A stretch of DNA of 64,000 nt from the NCBI GenBank assembly GCA_963666365.2, contig CAXXNF010000002.1, positions 2,336,001 to 2,400,000 of the forward strand, in the 5' to 3' direction. The notes under the pieces are model-generated. The model was not told the origin of the DNA. It did not search any database and saw nothing but the letters and a program-made list of their open reading frames with translations. The stretch is from Syntrophales bacterium (lineage in GTDB: Bacteria; Desulfobacterota; Syntrophia; Syntrophales; UBA2210). Shown one piece after another: positions 1 through 9,236 of the stretch; position 1 is the first letter of the stretch; every line of letters begins with the position of its first letter. Position numbers and translations under genes: made by a program.

Positions 1-1500
1 ACGGACTCCAGTGCGCCGATTTTTGATGCAGAGGGCACGTTTATCGGCGGAATTTGTCTCACCGGTCGTTATTACAGAACGAATCCGCATACTTTAGGTT
101 TGGTGGTTGCCGCTGCCCAGGCGATAGAAAACACATTAAAAACAAAAAAGGCATTGAAAGACGTCCGCATTGCCTACAGCTATCAACAAACGGTATTCAG
201 TTCAATTCCGGAAGCGATTGTTGCGATTGGAAAAGATGGGTGCATCAAACTAATAAACAGGAATGCCCACCAAATGCTCTTTCCCGATATGCGGCATGTT
301 GAAGGAAAGAACATTGCCGAAATTCTGGGAGCGGACAACTCCTCTTTCATCAAGGTTTTAGAAAACGAGGAAATCACTGGCGATGTAGAAGTCACGATAA
401 CGACAAAGCACAGCAGCAATGATTACATAATGACAGTCAATCCTATTATTGGAGACGATCAGGAACTTCTCGGGCAAATTATTATTCTCACCGAAATCAA
501 ACGGGCAAGAAAGAGGGTTGCTCAGATGTTAGGCACCCGGGCTAATTTCTCTTTCACCCATATTCTGGGACAGAATGCAGCATTTGTCCTAATCAAAGAA
601 CGGGCGCACATTGTTTCCAAGAGCAATGCAAACGTGTTGCTGCTAGGCGAAAGCGGAACGGGTAAAGACATATTTGCACAGGCGATCCACAATGAGGGAG
701 AGCAAAAGGATGGTCCTTACATACCCATTAACTGTGCTGCTATCCCCAGAGACCTTATCACGAGCGAGTTGTTCGGTTATGCCGACGGGGCGTATACAGG
801 CTCGCGCCGCGGAGGAAATCAGGGGAAATTTGAGTTAGCTGACGGCGGCACTCTTTTTCTGGATGAAGTGGCAGAGATCCCCCTCGAATTGCAAGCAGTG
901 CTCCTCAGGGTAATCGAAGACAAAACCGTTACGCGCCTTGGATCAAAAGTGTCTCGACCGATAAATGTACGCGTCATAGCCGCGACAAACAAAGATCTTC
1001 AAAAAGAAACAGAAACAGGGAATTTCAGAAAAGATCTGTTCTACCGGCTAAATGTTTTTAATATCCATATGATTCCCCTGCGAGAACGACAAGATGATAT
1101 ACCCTTGCTCGTGGAATACTTCGTAAAGCAATACGGAAAAACATTGGGAAAGGAACACATGCGCATAGAGAAGAGCGTAATCGATGCGTTTCAACATTAT
1201 GCGTGGCCAGGCAATATACGTGAGTTACAAAATGTCGTTGAAAGGATGGTGCACTTTGCACAGTCTAATGTAGTAACGATAAATCTCCTTCCCGAAGAAA
1301 TCAATGAACTTTCCTCTGTTTCTGATCCCCCTGTCCAGGCACACATTCTGACGCCTAAGCAATTTGAGCAACAGCAGATCATGAGGTTAATGGAGGCAAA
1401 GGTCAGTAAAACCGACATCGCACGAAAAATGGGCATGTCCAGACCGACACTCTATCGGAAATTACGGGAATATAAGCCTCCGAGAAGATTTGAGAGTTGA
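1..1500 (+). CDS. Sigma54-dependent transcriptional activator (GAF-PAS-AAA+-Fis HTH, AcoR-like); 5' end lies before the window
   Basis: Frame is open from base 1 (SAPIFDAEG...HTLGLVVAAAQAIE, a GAF C-terminal pattern). Walker A GESGTGKD, ELFG..GAYTGS (GAFTGA variant), GTLFLDE, FRKDLFYRL, WPGNIREL and C-terminal HTH ARKMGMSRPTLYRKL. Confidence 0.93.
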   Translation, partial: TDSSAPIFDAEGTFIGGICLTGRYYRTNPHTLGLVVAAAQAIENTLKTKKALKDVRIAYSYQQTVFSSIPEAIVAIGKDGCIKLINRNAHQMLFPDMRHVEGKNIAEILGADNSSFIKVLENEEITGDVEVTITTKHSSNDYIMTVNPIIGDDQELLGQIIILTEIKRARKRVAQMLGTRANFSFTHILGQNAAFVLIKERAHIVSKSNANVLLLGESGTGKDIFAQAIHNEGEQKDGPYIPINCAAIPRDLITSELFGYADGAYTGSRRGGNQGKFELADGGTLFLDEVAEIPLELQAVLLRVIEDKTVTRLGSKVSRPINVRVIAATNKDLQKETETGNFRKDLFYRLNVFNIHMIPLRERQDDIPLLVEYFVKQYGKTLGKEHMRIEKSVIDAFQHYAWPGNIRELQNVVERMVHFAQSNVVTINLLPEEINELSSVSDPPVQAHILTPKQFEQQQIMRLMEAKVSKTDIARKMGMSRPTLYRKLREYKPPRRFES

Positions 1501-1552
1501 CTCAAGGGTTCGTCTTTCTTATACTTTCCCGATGAAACAAAAGGAGTGCGCA

Positions 1553-2908
1553 ATGAATGGACCCGCGCCGGCTGCCTCTGGAGCATTCATCTCGTCACTG
1601 GAATCGTGTTTTGCCCTTCCATTGAATGAAATTACATCTATTATGAGGAGTTTCCATGAAGAGATGGGCAGGGGCCTTTCCGGGCAGAGCAGCTCTCTGA
1701 AAATGCTGCCTTCATTTGTTGACATCCCGAGGGGCACTGAAAAAGGCACCTTTCTCGCCCTTGATCTTGGTGGTACGAATGTACGAGTACTTGCCGTCGA
1801 ACTCGACGGAAGGAGGAATGCGACTGTTCCTACCATCAGCACTTTTGTCGTTCCCCATCAGAATAGGGTGGGAACAGGGGTGGCGCTTTTTGATTTTATT
1901 GCCTGCTGCGTAGATTCTTTTCTGACTGAACACCGCCTTGACAGAACTCGCGTCTATGATCTCGCCTTTACCTTTTCTTTCCCCGTTGCACAGACAACTA
2001 TCGCATCAGGCACACTCATCGCCTGGACGAAAGGATTTACCGCCAGGGGCGTGCAGGGAAAAGACGTCGTAGAACTGTTGAATGCTGCGTTTAAAAGGAC
2101 GCGCATCAACTGCATCAACGTCACGGCGCTTACCAATGATACGGTCGGCACTCTGGCTGCCGGAAGCTATCGCGACCCCGCCTGCGACATGGGGGTTATT
2201 CTGGGAACGGGAACCAACGGGTGTTACCGGGAGAAATCATCCAATATCAAGATCTTGAACGGGCATGTTTCTGACGAATATATGATTGTCAACATGGAAT
2301 GGGGTAATTTTGACACAATGAAGCGGACGCGTTACGACAGACAACTGGATGAAGCGTCGGTCAATCAGGGGGCGATGTTTCTGGAAAAGATGGTCTCCGG
2401 CATGTATCTGGGCGAAGTGACGAGGCTCGTTCTAATGGACATGATAGAGAGGAACCTTATTTTTCTCAATGTACCGGATGCTGCAGAACGCTTCGGCGGC
2501 AAGGATTCGCTAACGGCTGAGCACATGTCCCTCATCCAGGGAGACGAGACGGCACAGCTCCACGACACGGACGCCTATCTGAAAATGAGGGGCGTAAAAA
2601 ATTCCACGCTTCCTGACAGACTATTACTCACACGTCTCTGTGAAATTGTCTCGGCCAGAGCAGCCGCAATAGGCACGACTGCCGTCTCGGCGGTACTCAC
2701 CTGGATGGATCCGGCACTTGAAGAGAGGCACACCGTAGCCGTTGACGGCTCACTCTTCGAGAAATATCCCGGATTTGAAACCTCGATGAGAGAAACACTC
2801 ACCATGCTCCATGGAAAAAATGCGGACAACATCAGACTGGTGCACTGTAAAGACGGATCGGGCAGGGGCGCAGCCATAGTCGCCGCAGTGGCCGCGTCGA
2901 AACAATAG
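1553..2908 (+). CDS. Hexokinase (eukaryote-type hexokinase family)
   Basis: Motifs LKMLPSFV, FLALDLGGTNVRV, FTFSFP, WTKGF, NDTVGTL, ILGTGTNGCY, NMEWGNF, EKMVSGMYLGE, VDGSLFE, DGSGRGAA. Start at ATG 1553 after AAGGAG at 1541-1546. Confidence 0.93.
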   Translation: MNGPAPAASGAFISSLESCFALPLNEITSIMRSFHEEMGRGLSGQSSSLKMLPSFVDIPRGTEKGTFLALDLGGTNVRVLAVELDGRRNATVPTISTFVVPHQNRVGTGVALFDFIACCVDSFLTEHRLDRTRVYDLAFTFSFPVAQTTIASGTLIAWTKGFTARGVQGKDVVELLNAAFKRTRINCINVTALTNDTVGTLAAGSYRDPACDMGVILGTGTNGCYREKSSNIKILNGHVSDEYMIVNMEWGNFDTMKRTRYDRQLDEASVNQGAMFLEKMVSGMYLGEVTRLVLMDMIERNLIFLNVPDAAERFGGKDSLTAEHMSLIQGDETAQLHDTDAYLKMRGVKNSTLPDRLLLTRLCEIVSARAAAIGTTAVSAVLTWMDPALEERHTVAVDGSLFEKYPGFETSMRETLTMLHGKNADNIRLVHCKDGSGRGAAIVAAVAASKQ

Positions 2909-2934
2909 ACAAGAGCGAGTGCCCCATCCTTCAG

Positions 2935-2971
2935 CCTCACCCGACCCTCAGGGGCTGAGGGTCGGGTGAGG
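2935..2971. terminator. Perfect 17-bp hairpin between convergent genes, likely terminator
   Basis: cctcacccgaccctcag-ggg-ctgagggtcgggtgagg followed by acttttc; lies between the hexokinase stop and the SBP stop. Confidence 0.75.
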
Positions 2972-2987
2972 ACTTTTCAGAGGTTCA

Positions 2988-4328
2988 TCATTTAGTGCAT
3001 CGCTCAAGCCCTTCCGGCAGCTCGGGCGTACAGAATTCCGCAGGCACGATAAAGGCCTTCGTGTACCCGGCGCTGTTCTCGTACCACTTTGTCGGATAGT
3101 CCAGCACGGATACATAGACATCCTTGATCTGCTGATGATCGCAGGCCCGCATTGTTGCTTTGCCGGTAAATGACTCGTATTCGTCGCCTTCCCAGACCTG
3201 TATGATTTTCTCCGGATCGGTACTTGCCGCGCGTTGCATCACGTCGAAGAACCAGTAACAGGCAAGGACCGCACCGCCGACACTCGCCGTAGGCCATCTG
3301 TACAACGGCGAATCGTAGGGTTTTCCCCAGGATTTCCACTGCGCCGTCCATATTTCATTAAATCGATTGTTTGCGGGGGTATCGACACAGGCCAGGTGGA
3401 AGAAGAGGTTGATGATTCCCTTCCCTTTGGGACCGCCGATCGTTTCCAGGGGGCTGTAATTATCGAAGTAAAGACCGGCAAGCTGTGCGGGTATCTCCAG
3501 TTCTTTGGCCTGTTTCAGGAGATTGTCTCCATCGGGCGGCCAGTCCGTTGAAAAAATTATTTCCGCCCCCGATCCCTGTATTTTCGTCAGGTAAGGTGCA
3601 AAATCCTTAGTGAAAAGCGGATGATATGCCTCTCCGACGATTTCCGCTTCCGGCTTATATTTCTTCAGGTATTTTTTAAACGACTCGGCAACAATATGAC
3701 CGTACCCGTAATCCTGATTCAGAATATAAAATTTTCGTTCCGGCCTTTTGGAAAAGAAGTAGGCCATTGCGGCACCTTCGGTATCGGTTTGCCAGCAGCA
3801 CCGGAAGGTGTATCTGTTGAAATTGCTTGCATCGTGAAGCGCCTTTGAAAATCCCGCATAATTCAGATAAATCTTTTTATATTTCGCCGCGACCTGCTGA
3901 CCGATAAGGCCGATATGCGAACCGCTTGTGCCGCACATCATGTGCACCTTGTCCTCGAGACAAAGCCGCTCAGCCACTTTTTTGGCAATGGCCGGTTTTG
4001 CCTGCGTATCGCCTCGCACAATCTTAATTTTCTTTTTCTTTCCATCGACGAGGATGCCTCCCTGCGCATTAATGTCATGCACAACCCACCCAACCGCTAT
4101 GGAATACACCTCGCCACTCAGGGCGGCGGGTCCTGAAAACGCGTCGAAGATACCCACATTTATTGTATCCCCCGAGGTCGGAAACGACTGATTGTTGGGA
4201 TCAAAGCTCTTCATGTCGCCCTTGAGGGGTTCAAAGGCGCACACGGGAAACACCGTTGCCGCAATCAGTAAAACAATGCCGATCATGGTAATTACTGCTG
4301 TTTTAGCTTTGCCGTTGCGAATGTTCAT
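2988..4328 (-). CDS. ABC transporter substrate-binding protein, LivK/PBP1 family (paralog 1)
   Basis: Signal peptide; GIFDAFSGPAA, INAQGGI, DTQAKP, FNRYTFR, QDYGYGH, DFAPYLTKI, MRACDHQ. RBS AGGAGG. Confidence 0.9.
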   Translation of the reverse strand: MNIRNGKAKTAVITMIGIVLLIAATVFPVCAFEPLKGDMKSFDPNNQSFPTSGDTINVGIFDAFSGPAALSGEVYSIAVGWVVHDINAQGGILVDGKKKKIKIVRGDTQAKPAIAKKVAERLCLEDKVHMMCGTSGSHIGLIGQQVAAKYKKIYLNYAGFSKALHDASNFNRYTFRCCWQTDTEGAAMAYFFSKRPERKFYILNQDYGYGHIVAESFKKYLKKYKPEAEIVGEAYHPLFTKDFAPYLTKIQGSGAEIIFSTDWPPDGDNLLKQAKELEIPAQLAGLYFDNYSPLETIGGPKGKGIINLFFHLACVDTPANNRFNEIWTAQWKSWGKPYDSPLYRWPTASVGGAVLACYWFFDVMQRAASTDPEKIIQVWEGDEYESFTGKATMRACDHQQIKDVYVSVLDYPTKWYENSAGYTKAFIVPAEFCTPELPEGLERCTK

Positions 4329-4373
4329 CGAATATCCTCCTTGTAGTTCGTTATGCAGTGCACACCTTATTTA

Positions 4374-5723
4374 TTATTTATTGCACCTGTCCAGATCAGC
4401 GGCGACTGCTGGCGTACAAAATTCCGGAGCGACCACTGTCGTCGTTCCCGGCCCTGCAGCATCCGGGTACCATTTGTTAGGATACGCATATTCAGTGGCA
4501 AACATGGGTCGCAGCACCTGGTGGTCACAGGCCCTCATCTTGATGACACCGGAAAATACCTTGAATTCATCATCTTCCCATTCCGCAATGACCTTCTCGG
4601 GATCGGTGGCGCCGATTCTCTCAACGATATCAAAATACCAATATGTCGCGCCGATAGTTGAGCCCAAGACGGTGATCGGCCACATATAAAGATCCGTATT
4701 ATAGGGTTTCCCCCATGTCTGTTTCCACAAATCATTCCATGTTTTATTAAACACCTTGTTTTCCGGTGTATCACAATTTATTGAGTGGTCATTGACCTGA
4801 ACCATGCCGATGCCGGCAGGCCCGCCGATTGCCTTCATCGTAACCGGTTCACAGGCGTCGCGAGTGGCTATGGGAATATTGATACCTAAGGAACGAGCGG
4901 TTTTTATGAGATTCTGCCCATCAGGCATCCAGTCGCTCGTAAAAATGACATCGGGATTTGCTGCCTGAATCTTTGTCATATAGGGGGCAAAGTCCTTCAT
5001 GAAGAGGGGGTGATAGACCTCGCCGATGATTTCGGCATTGGGCTTGTATTTTTTGAGACCTTCCTTAAACCCTTTCCCCATATTATGGCCGAACATATAA
5101 TCCTGACAGAGAATATAAAATTTGTTTTCCGGTCGCTTGGAATAAAAATACGCCATTCCCAACCCAAACATCTCCGTATTATAGCATGTTCTAAATGTAT
5201 ACCGGTTAAAGTTTGACCCATCAAGCAGGGACGTGGTGTTCGACATTCCATTGAGATGTACTGTTTCATATTTTTTGGCCACATTCTGGATAATGAGCGT
5301 CAAATGGCTTCCGGCACAACCCCAGAGCAAATCAACCTTGTCCTCGAGACAGAGTTTCTCTGCCACTTTTTTGCATATTACGGGCTTTCCTTGAGAATCC
5401 CCCTTGATAATCTCAATTTTCTTTATGTTGCCGTCTACCTTAATTCCGCCTCTTTTGTTTAAATCATGCACAACCCAGTTTGTGAGAAGCCAGTATATCT
5501 CGCCGTTACCGGCTGCCGGCCCGGAAAATGAATCGATGAGACCGATTTTGATGGTATCGCCTGTGGGCATTGTCACGTTATTCGGATCGTAATCTGTCAT
5601 ATTCATTGCCATTTTAGTTACATCAATGCCGCGTGGCTGTGCCGCAGCATTCACCGCACCACATAAAAAGATTATGGCAAAGACACACATCAAAGGCTTA
5701 CAGAATCTTTCTTTTTTCTTCAT
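4374..5723 (-). CDS. ABC transporter substrate-binding protein, LivK/PBP1 family (paralog 2)
   Basis: Same motif set as paralog 1 (FSGPAAG, LNKRGGI, FNRYTFR, QDYMFGH, MRACDHQ); signal peptide; RBS AAGGAG. Confidence 0.9.
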   Translation of the reverse strand: MKKKERFCKPLMCVFAIIFLCGAVNAAAQPRGIDVTKMAMNMTDYDPNNVTMPTGDTIKIGLIDSFSGPAAGNGEIYWLLTNWVVHDLNKRGGIKVDGNIKKIEIIKGDSQGKPVICKKVAEKLCLEDKVDLLWGCAGSHLTLIIQNVAKKYETVHLNGMSNTTSLLDGSNFNRYTFRTCYNTEMFGLGMAYFYSKRPENKFYILCQDYMFGHNMGKGFKEGLKKYKPNAEIIGEVYHPLFMKDFAPYMTKIQAANPDVIFTSDWMPDGQNLIKTARSLGINIPIATRDACEPVTMKAIGGPAGIGMVQVNDHSINCDTPENKVFNKTWNDLWKQTWGKPYNTDLYMWPITVLGSTIGATYWYFDIVERIGATDPEKVIAEWEDDEFKVFSGVIKMRACDHQVLRPMFATEYAYPNKWYPDAAGPGTTTVVAPEFCTPAVAADLDRCNK

Positions 5724-5829
5724 AATTCTCTCCTTTTGCCGTACAATCCATTCACTGATTTTTCATAATCTTACGGATTATATAGTCATAGGGAAAAGGG
5801 AAAGTAAACGATCATAATAAGACTAATTT

Positions 5830-5849
5830 ATGGCCATTGAATATAGCCT
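5830..5849. promoter_or_regulatory. Candidate operator ATGGCCA-N7-TAGCCT (copy 1)
   Basis: atggccattgaatatagcct upstream of SBP paralog 2; a second copy is on the other strand at 7465-7484. Confidence 0.4.
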
Positions 5850-5990
5850 TTACAGATTATTTCGGCATATAATATTATCAATCTGCGACAACATCGTTAA
5901 GTGCACTACAAAAGGGGTGGATACGTCATTCACGCGCATCCACCCCCGTTTCGCCATGCTTCACTGGTACCGCCGAAAAGACACTCAGTG

Positions 5991-7322
5991 TTATTTTTCA
6001 CATCTGTCAAGACCCTCGGGAAGAGGCGGCGTACAATACTTGGCGGGAATAGTAAATGGTTTGCCGTAGCTTGCCGCATCCTCAACCCAGGGGTTGGGAT
6101 ATTCGAATTCCGCGGCATACATGGGTTTTACCGCCTGGTGATCGCAGGCCCTCATCTCAAGGACTCCCGTCAACCCCTTATACTTGTCACCCTCGAAGGT
6201 GGCAATGACCTTCTCCGGATCAACGGTTCCGGCACGTTCAACGACATTGAAAAACCAGTAAAGCTGATCGCAGCAGGAACCAAGTACGGTAACCGGATAT
6301 CGGTACAGGATCGCGTTATAGGGGTGCCCCCATTTTTTCCACTGCTCGTGCCAGGCCTTGACAAAGGCCTGATTCTCCGGCGTCTCGCAGGTAATCATGT
6401 AATCGTTCACGTTGACCATGCCTTTTCCGGCCGGCCCAAGGGCCCTGAATGTTTCGGGCATGTCGGCGTAGAGGTTGGCAATGGGTATAGTCACGTCAAG
6501 GCTTTTCATGGTCATCATCAGGTTGTCCGAATCGGGCAGCCAGTCACCTGTATAGAGCACATCCGCATCGGCGCCCTTTAATTTTGTCACATAGGGGGCA
6601 AAATCTTTCATAAACAGGGGATGGTAGACTTCATCGACGATTACCGCATCCGGCTTGTACATCTTGAGCCCTTCCTTGAAGGCATCCGCCATTTCATGAC
6701 CGAAGAGATAGTCCTGCATCAAAAGATAGAACTTCTTTTCCGGACGCTTGGAATAGAAATAGGCAACTGCATGACCGAACATCTTTGAGTTCAGACAGGT
6801 CCTGAAGGTGTATCTGTTGAAGTTCTTCGCATCAAGCAGCCCGGCGGCATTTGCATACCCGATCACGTAGAGAGTATTGTACTTCTTGGCCACCGTCTGC
6901 AGCACCACGGAAATATGGCTGCCATTGGTTCCAAACATCAGGTTGACCTTTTCTTCAAGGCACATCCGCTCGGCCATCTTTTTCGCCGGCGCGGGCTTGC
7001 CCTGCGTATCCGCCTTCAGCACCTCGATCATTTTTCTCTTTCCGTCGACCAGAATGCCTCCCCGCTTGTTCAGATCATAGGCGACCCAGTTGGTTTGACA
7101 CCAGTATATCTCCCCGTTTCCCGCACCCGGACCGGAGAAAATGGCCGTGATCGCGATTTTGAAGGTATCGCCGGTGGGTTGCACCACCGTGTTGGGATCA
7201 TAGCCGGACATGTCGGACACCTTTGTCATATCGTAGCTGGGCATTGCAGAAGCGGTCACGCTGAAACCCAGAACAACGCAAAGGCACACCATCCCAAGAA
7301 GACACACACGTAACTTTCTCAT
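5991..7322 (-). CDS. ABC transporter substrate-binding protein, LivK/PBP1 family (paralog 3)
   Basis: Same motif set. Start placed at ATG 7322 after AAGGAG; signal peptide MRKLRVCLLG...ASA. Confidence 0.9.
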   Translation of the reverse strand: MRKLRVCLLGMVCLCVVLGFSVTASAMPSYDMTKVSDMSGYDPNTVVQPTGDTFKIAITAIFSGPGAGNGEIYWCQTNWVAYDLNKRGGILVDGKRKMIEVLKADTQGKPAPAKKMAERMCLEEKVNLMFGTNGSHISVVLQTVAKKYNTLYVIGYANAAGLLDAKNFNRYTFRTCLNSKMFGHAVAYFYSKRPEKKFYLLMQDYLFGHEMADAFKEGLKMYKPDAVIVDEVYHPLFMKDFAPYVTKLKGADADVLYTGDWLPDSDNLMMTMKSLDVTIPIANLYADMPETFRALGPAGKGMVNVNDYMITCETPENQAFVKAWHEQWKKWGHPYNAILYRYPVTVLGSCCDQLYWFFNVVERAGTVDPEKVIATFEGDKYKGLTGVLEMRACDHQAVKPMYAAEFEYPNPWVEDAASYGKPFTIPAKYCTPPLPEGLDRCEK

Positions 7323-7464
7323 CACTCTTCTCTCCTTTTTGATTGCGGGCGAAAATCGCCTGTGGCTGATACCGCCCAAGTTATCTTGCCATTTCCTTCA
7401 ATCGTATTGATTTACTATGTTCGCATATCTTTAAAAAAGCAACCGCCCTTTATAGGATACTTAT

Positions 7465-7484
7465 AGGCTAACCAAATTGGCCAT
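7465..7484. promoter_or_regulatory. Candidate operator ATGGCCA-N7-TAGCCT (copy 2, reverse orientation)
   Basis: aggctaaccaaattggccat in the divergent region between SBP paralog 3 and the CoA ligase. Confidence 0.4.
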
Positions 7485-7552
7485 TTTAGAACCATTGTAC
7501 TTTCCAAATACCTGTGCTTATATGCGCCATTATACATAATGGAGGTGAGCGA

Positions 7553-9220
7553 ATGGAGCATAAGTCCTGGCACAGGCATTACGATTACGATGTTCCCACA
7601 TCGATGCGGTATCCACGCATTTTACTTCACGACATATTGCAGATACCGGCAAACGCCTATCCCGATAAGGCGGCGTTGATCTATGAAGGCCGCACCATTA
7701 CCTTCTGGGAACTGCGTGACCTGGTGCTGAGAATGGCCAATGCCCTCCGTACTCTGGGTGTACAGAAGGGGGACCGCGTGGGGGTCCATCTGCCGACATG
7801 CCCCCAGTACGTAATTGCCTATCACGCCGTACTTTCGCTCGGCGCCATCGTGGTGAACCTCAATCCGATTTATACGGCGGAGGAACTCATCGGCATCGCC
7901 CGGCAAACCACCTTCACCACGTTGATCACCATTGATTCTGCAGTGCCCGCAATAGGACAATTATGCCGGCACTGTGAAATCCCAAGGGTAATTGTTGCGA
8001 ATCTGAAGGATTTCTCCGAAAACGATCGTCCCGAAGCGCCTGCGGCGCTCGATGAAGGATGGCTTTCATTTTCATCGGTCCTTGACGACTGTCAAGACAC
8101 CACACGTCCCCGTGTGAGTATTGTTCCGGAAGATCCTGCCGTCATTCAGTTCACGGGAGGCACCACGGGCATTCCGAAGGGGGCCGTCCTTTCCCATGCA
8201 AACCAGGTGACGGCCTTGGTCCAGGTCACCGCCTGGTATGCGCCGCGAGTTAAGTTGACGCCGAGAGAAAAGCTTTCTACACTCATAGTGCTTCCCCTCT
8301 ATCATGTCTACGGCAACATCGTGTCAAACTGGGCGATATATAACGGTGCCACGCAAATACTGGTACCTCAGTTTGAAATTGAGAAGCTGATGAATCTCAT
8401 CGCTTCCTTCGATGAAATCACCTACTTTCCGGCCGTTCCCACCATGCTCAGCGCAATCGTAAACCACCCGAAAGTTAAGGAATTGAAAATCAACAAAATC
8501 ATCGGGTTCGTCAATTCGGGCGGCGCCCCCTGTCCCGTCGAACTTATCGAACAGGTGAAAAATCTGGGCATATTTTTAACAGAGGGCTGGGCGATGAGCG
8601 AAACGGCCTGCACGGGAACCGGGAATCCTGTCATGGGCCTGAAAAAAGCGGGCAGTATCGGCATCCCCTTAATCGATACGGACATCCGGCTTGTCGATCT
8701 TGAAGAAGGATCAACGGAAGTCGCCCCGGGCGAGCCGGGAGAAATGATAATCAAAGGCCCGCAGATCATGCAGCATTACTGGAACAATCCCGAGGAAACG
8801 GCGAACCAGCTCAAGGACGGGTGGCTCTATACCGGCGACATCGTCGTCAGGGATGAGGATGGGTATCTTTTCATTGTCGACCGGAAGAAAGACATGATTA
8901 TCGCGGGAGGCTTCAACATCTATCCCAGAGAAGTCGATGAAGTCCTGCACCAGCACCCCAAAATTGAAATGGCCGTTACCGTGGGCGTACCCGATGCCTA
9001 CCGGGGAGAAACCGTGAAGGCCTATATTGTGTTGAAAAATGGAGAAAGGGCAACCGACAAGGATATCGTCGACTTCTGCAGAGAACAACTGGCCCCCTAT
9101 AAAGTGCCCAAACGTATAGAATTCAGAGATTCCCTCCCCCAGTCGGCCGTGGGGAAGATTCTCCGGAAAACCCTGCGTGAAGAAGAAATAGCAAAGCATT
9201 CCGAAGAAAAGCAGGGATGA
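7553..9220 (+). CDS. Long-chain-fatty-acid--CoA ligase (ANL adenylate-forming family)
   Basis: QFTGGTTGIPKG, EGWAMSE, GWLYTGDI, DRKKDMII.GGFNIYPREV, LPQSAVGKILR. ATG 7553 follows GGAGGTG. Confidence 0.92.
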   Translation: MEHKSWHRHYDYDVPTSMRYPRILLHDILQIPANAYPDKAALIYEGRTITFWELRDLVLRMANALRTLGVQKGDRVGVHLPTCPQYVIAYHAVLSLGAIVVNLNPIYTAEELIGIARQTTFTTLITIDSAVPAIGQLCRHCEIPRVIVANLKDFSENDRPEAPAALDEGWLSFSSVLDDCQDTTRPRVSIVPEDPAVIQFTGGTTGIPKGAVLSHANQVTALVQVTAWYAPRVKLTPREKLSTLIVLPLYHVYGNIVSNWAIYNGATQILVPQFEIEKLMNLIASFDEITYFPAVPTMLSAIVNHPKVKELKINKIIGFVNSGGAPCPVELIEQVKNLGIFLTEGWAMSETACTGTGNPVMGLKKAGSIGIPLIDTDIRLVDLEEGSTEVAPGEPGEMIIKGPQIMQHYWNNPEETANQLKDGWLYTGDIVVRDEDGYLFIVDRKKDMIIAGGFNIYPREVDEVLHQHPKIEMAVTVGVPDAYRGETVKAYIVLKNGERATDKDIVDFCREQLAPYKVPKRIEFRDSLPQSAVGKILRKTLREEEIAKHSEEKQG

Positions 9221-9236
9221 TATTCTATTTGGAAAT

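Noticed and set aside
781..805. GAYTGS instead of GAFTGA as a sign of an inactive sigma54 activator
   Set aside because: Conservative variant with all other AAA+ motifs intact; insufficient evidence of lost function.
7376..7395. TGGCA on the minus strand as a sigma54 promoter for the SBP cluster
   Set aside because: The required GG-N10-GC spacing is not met.
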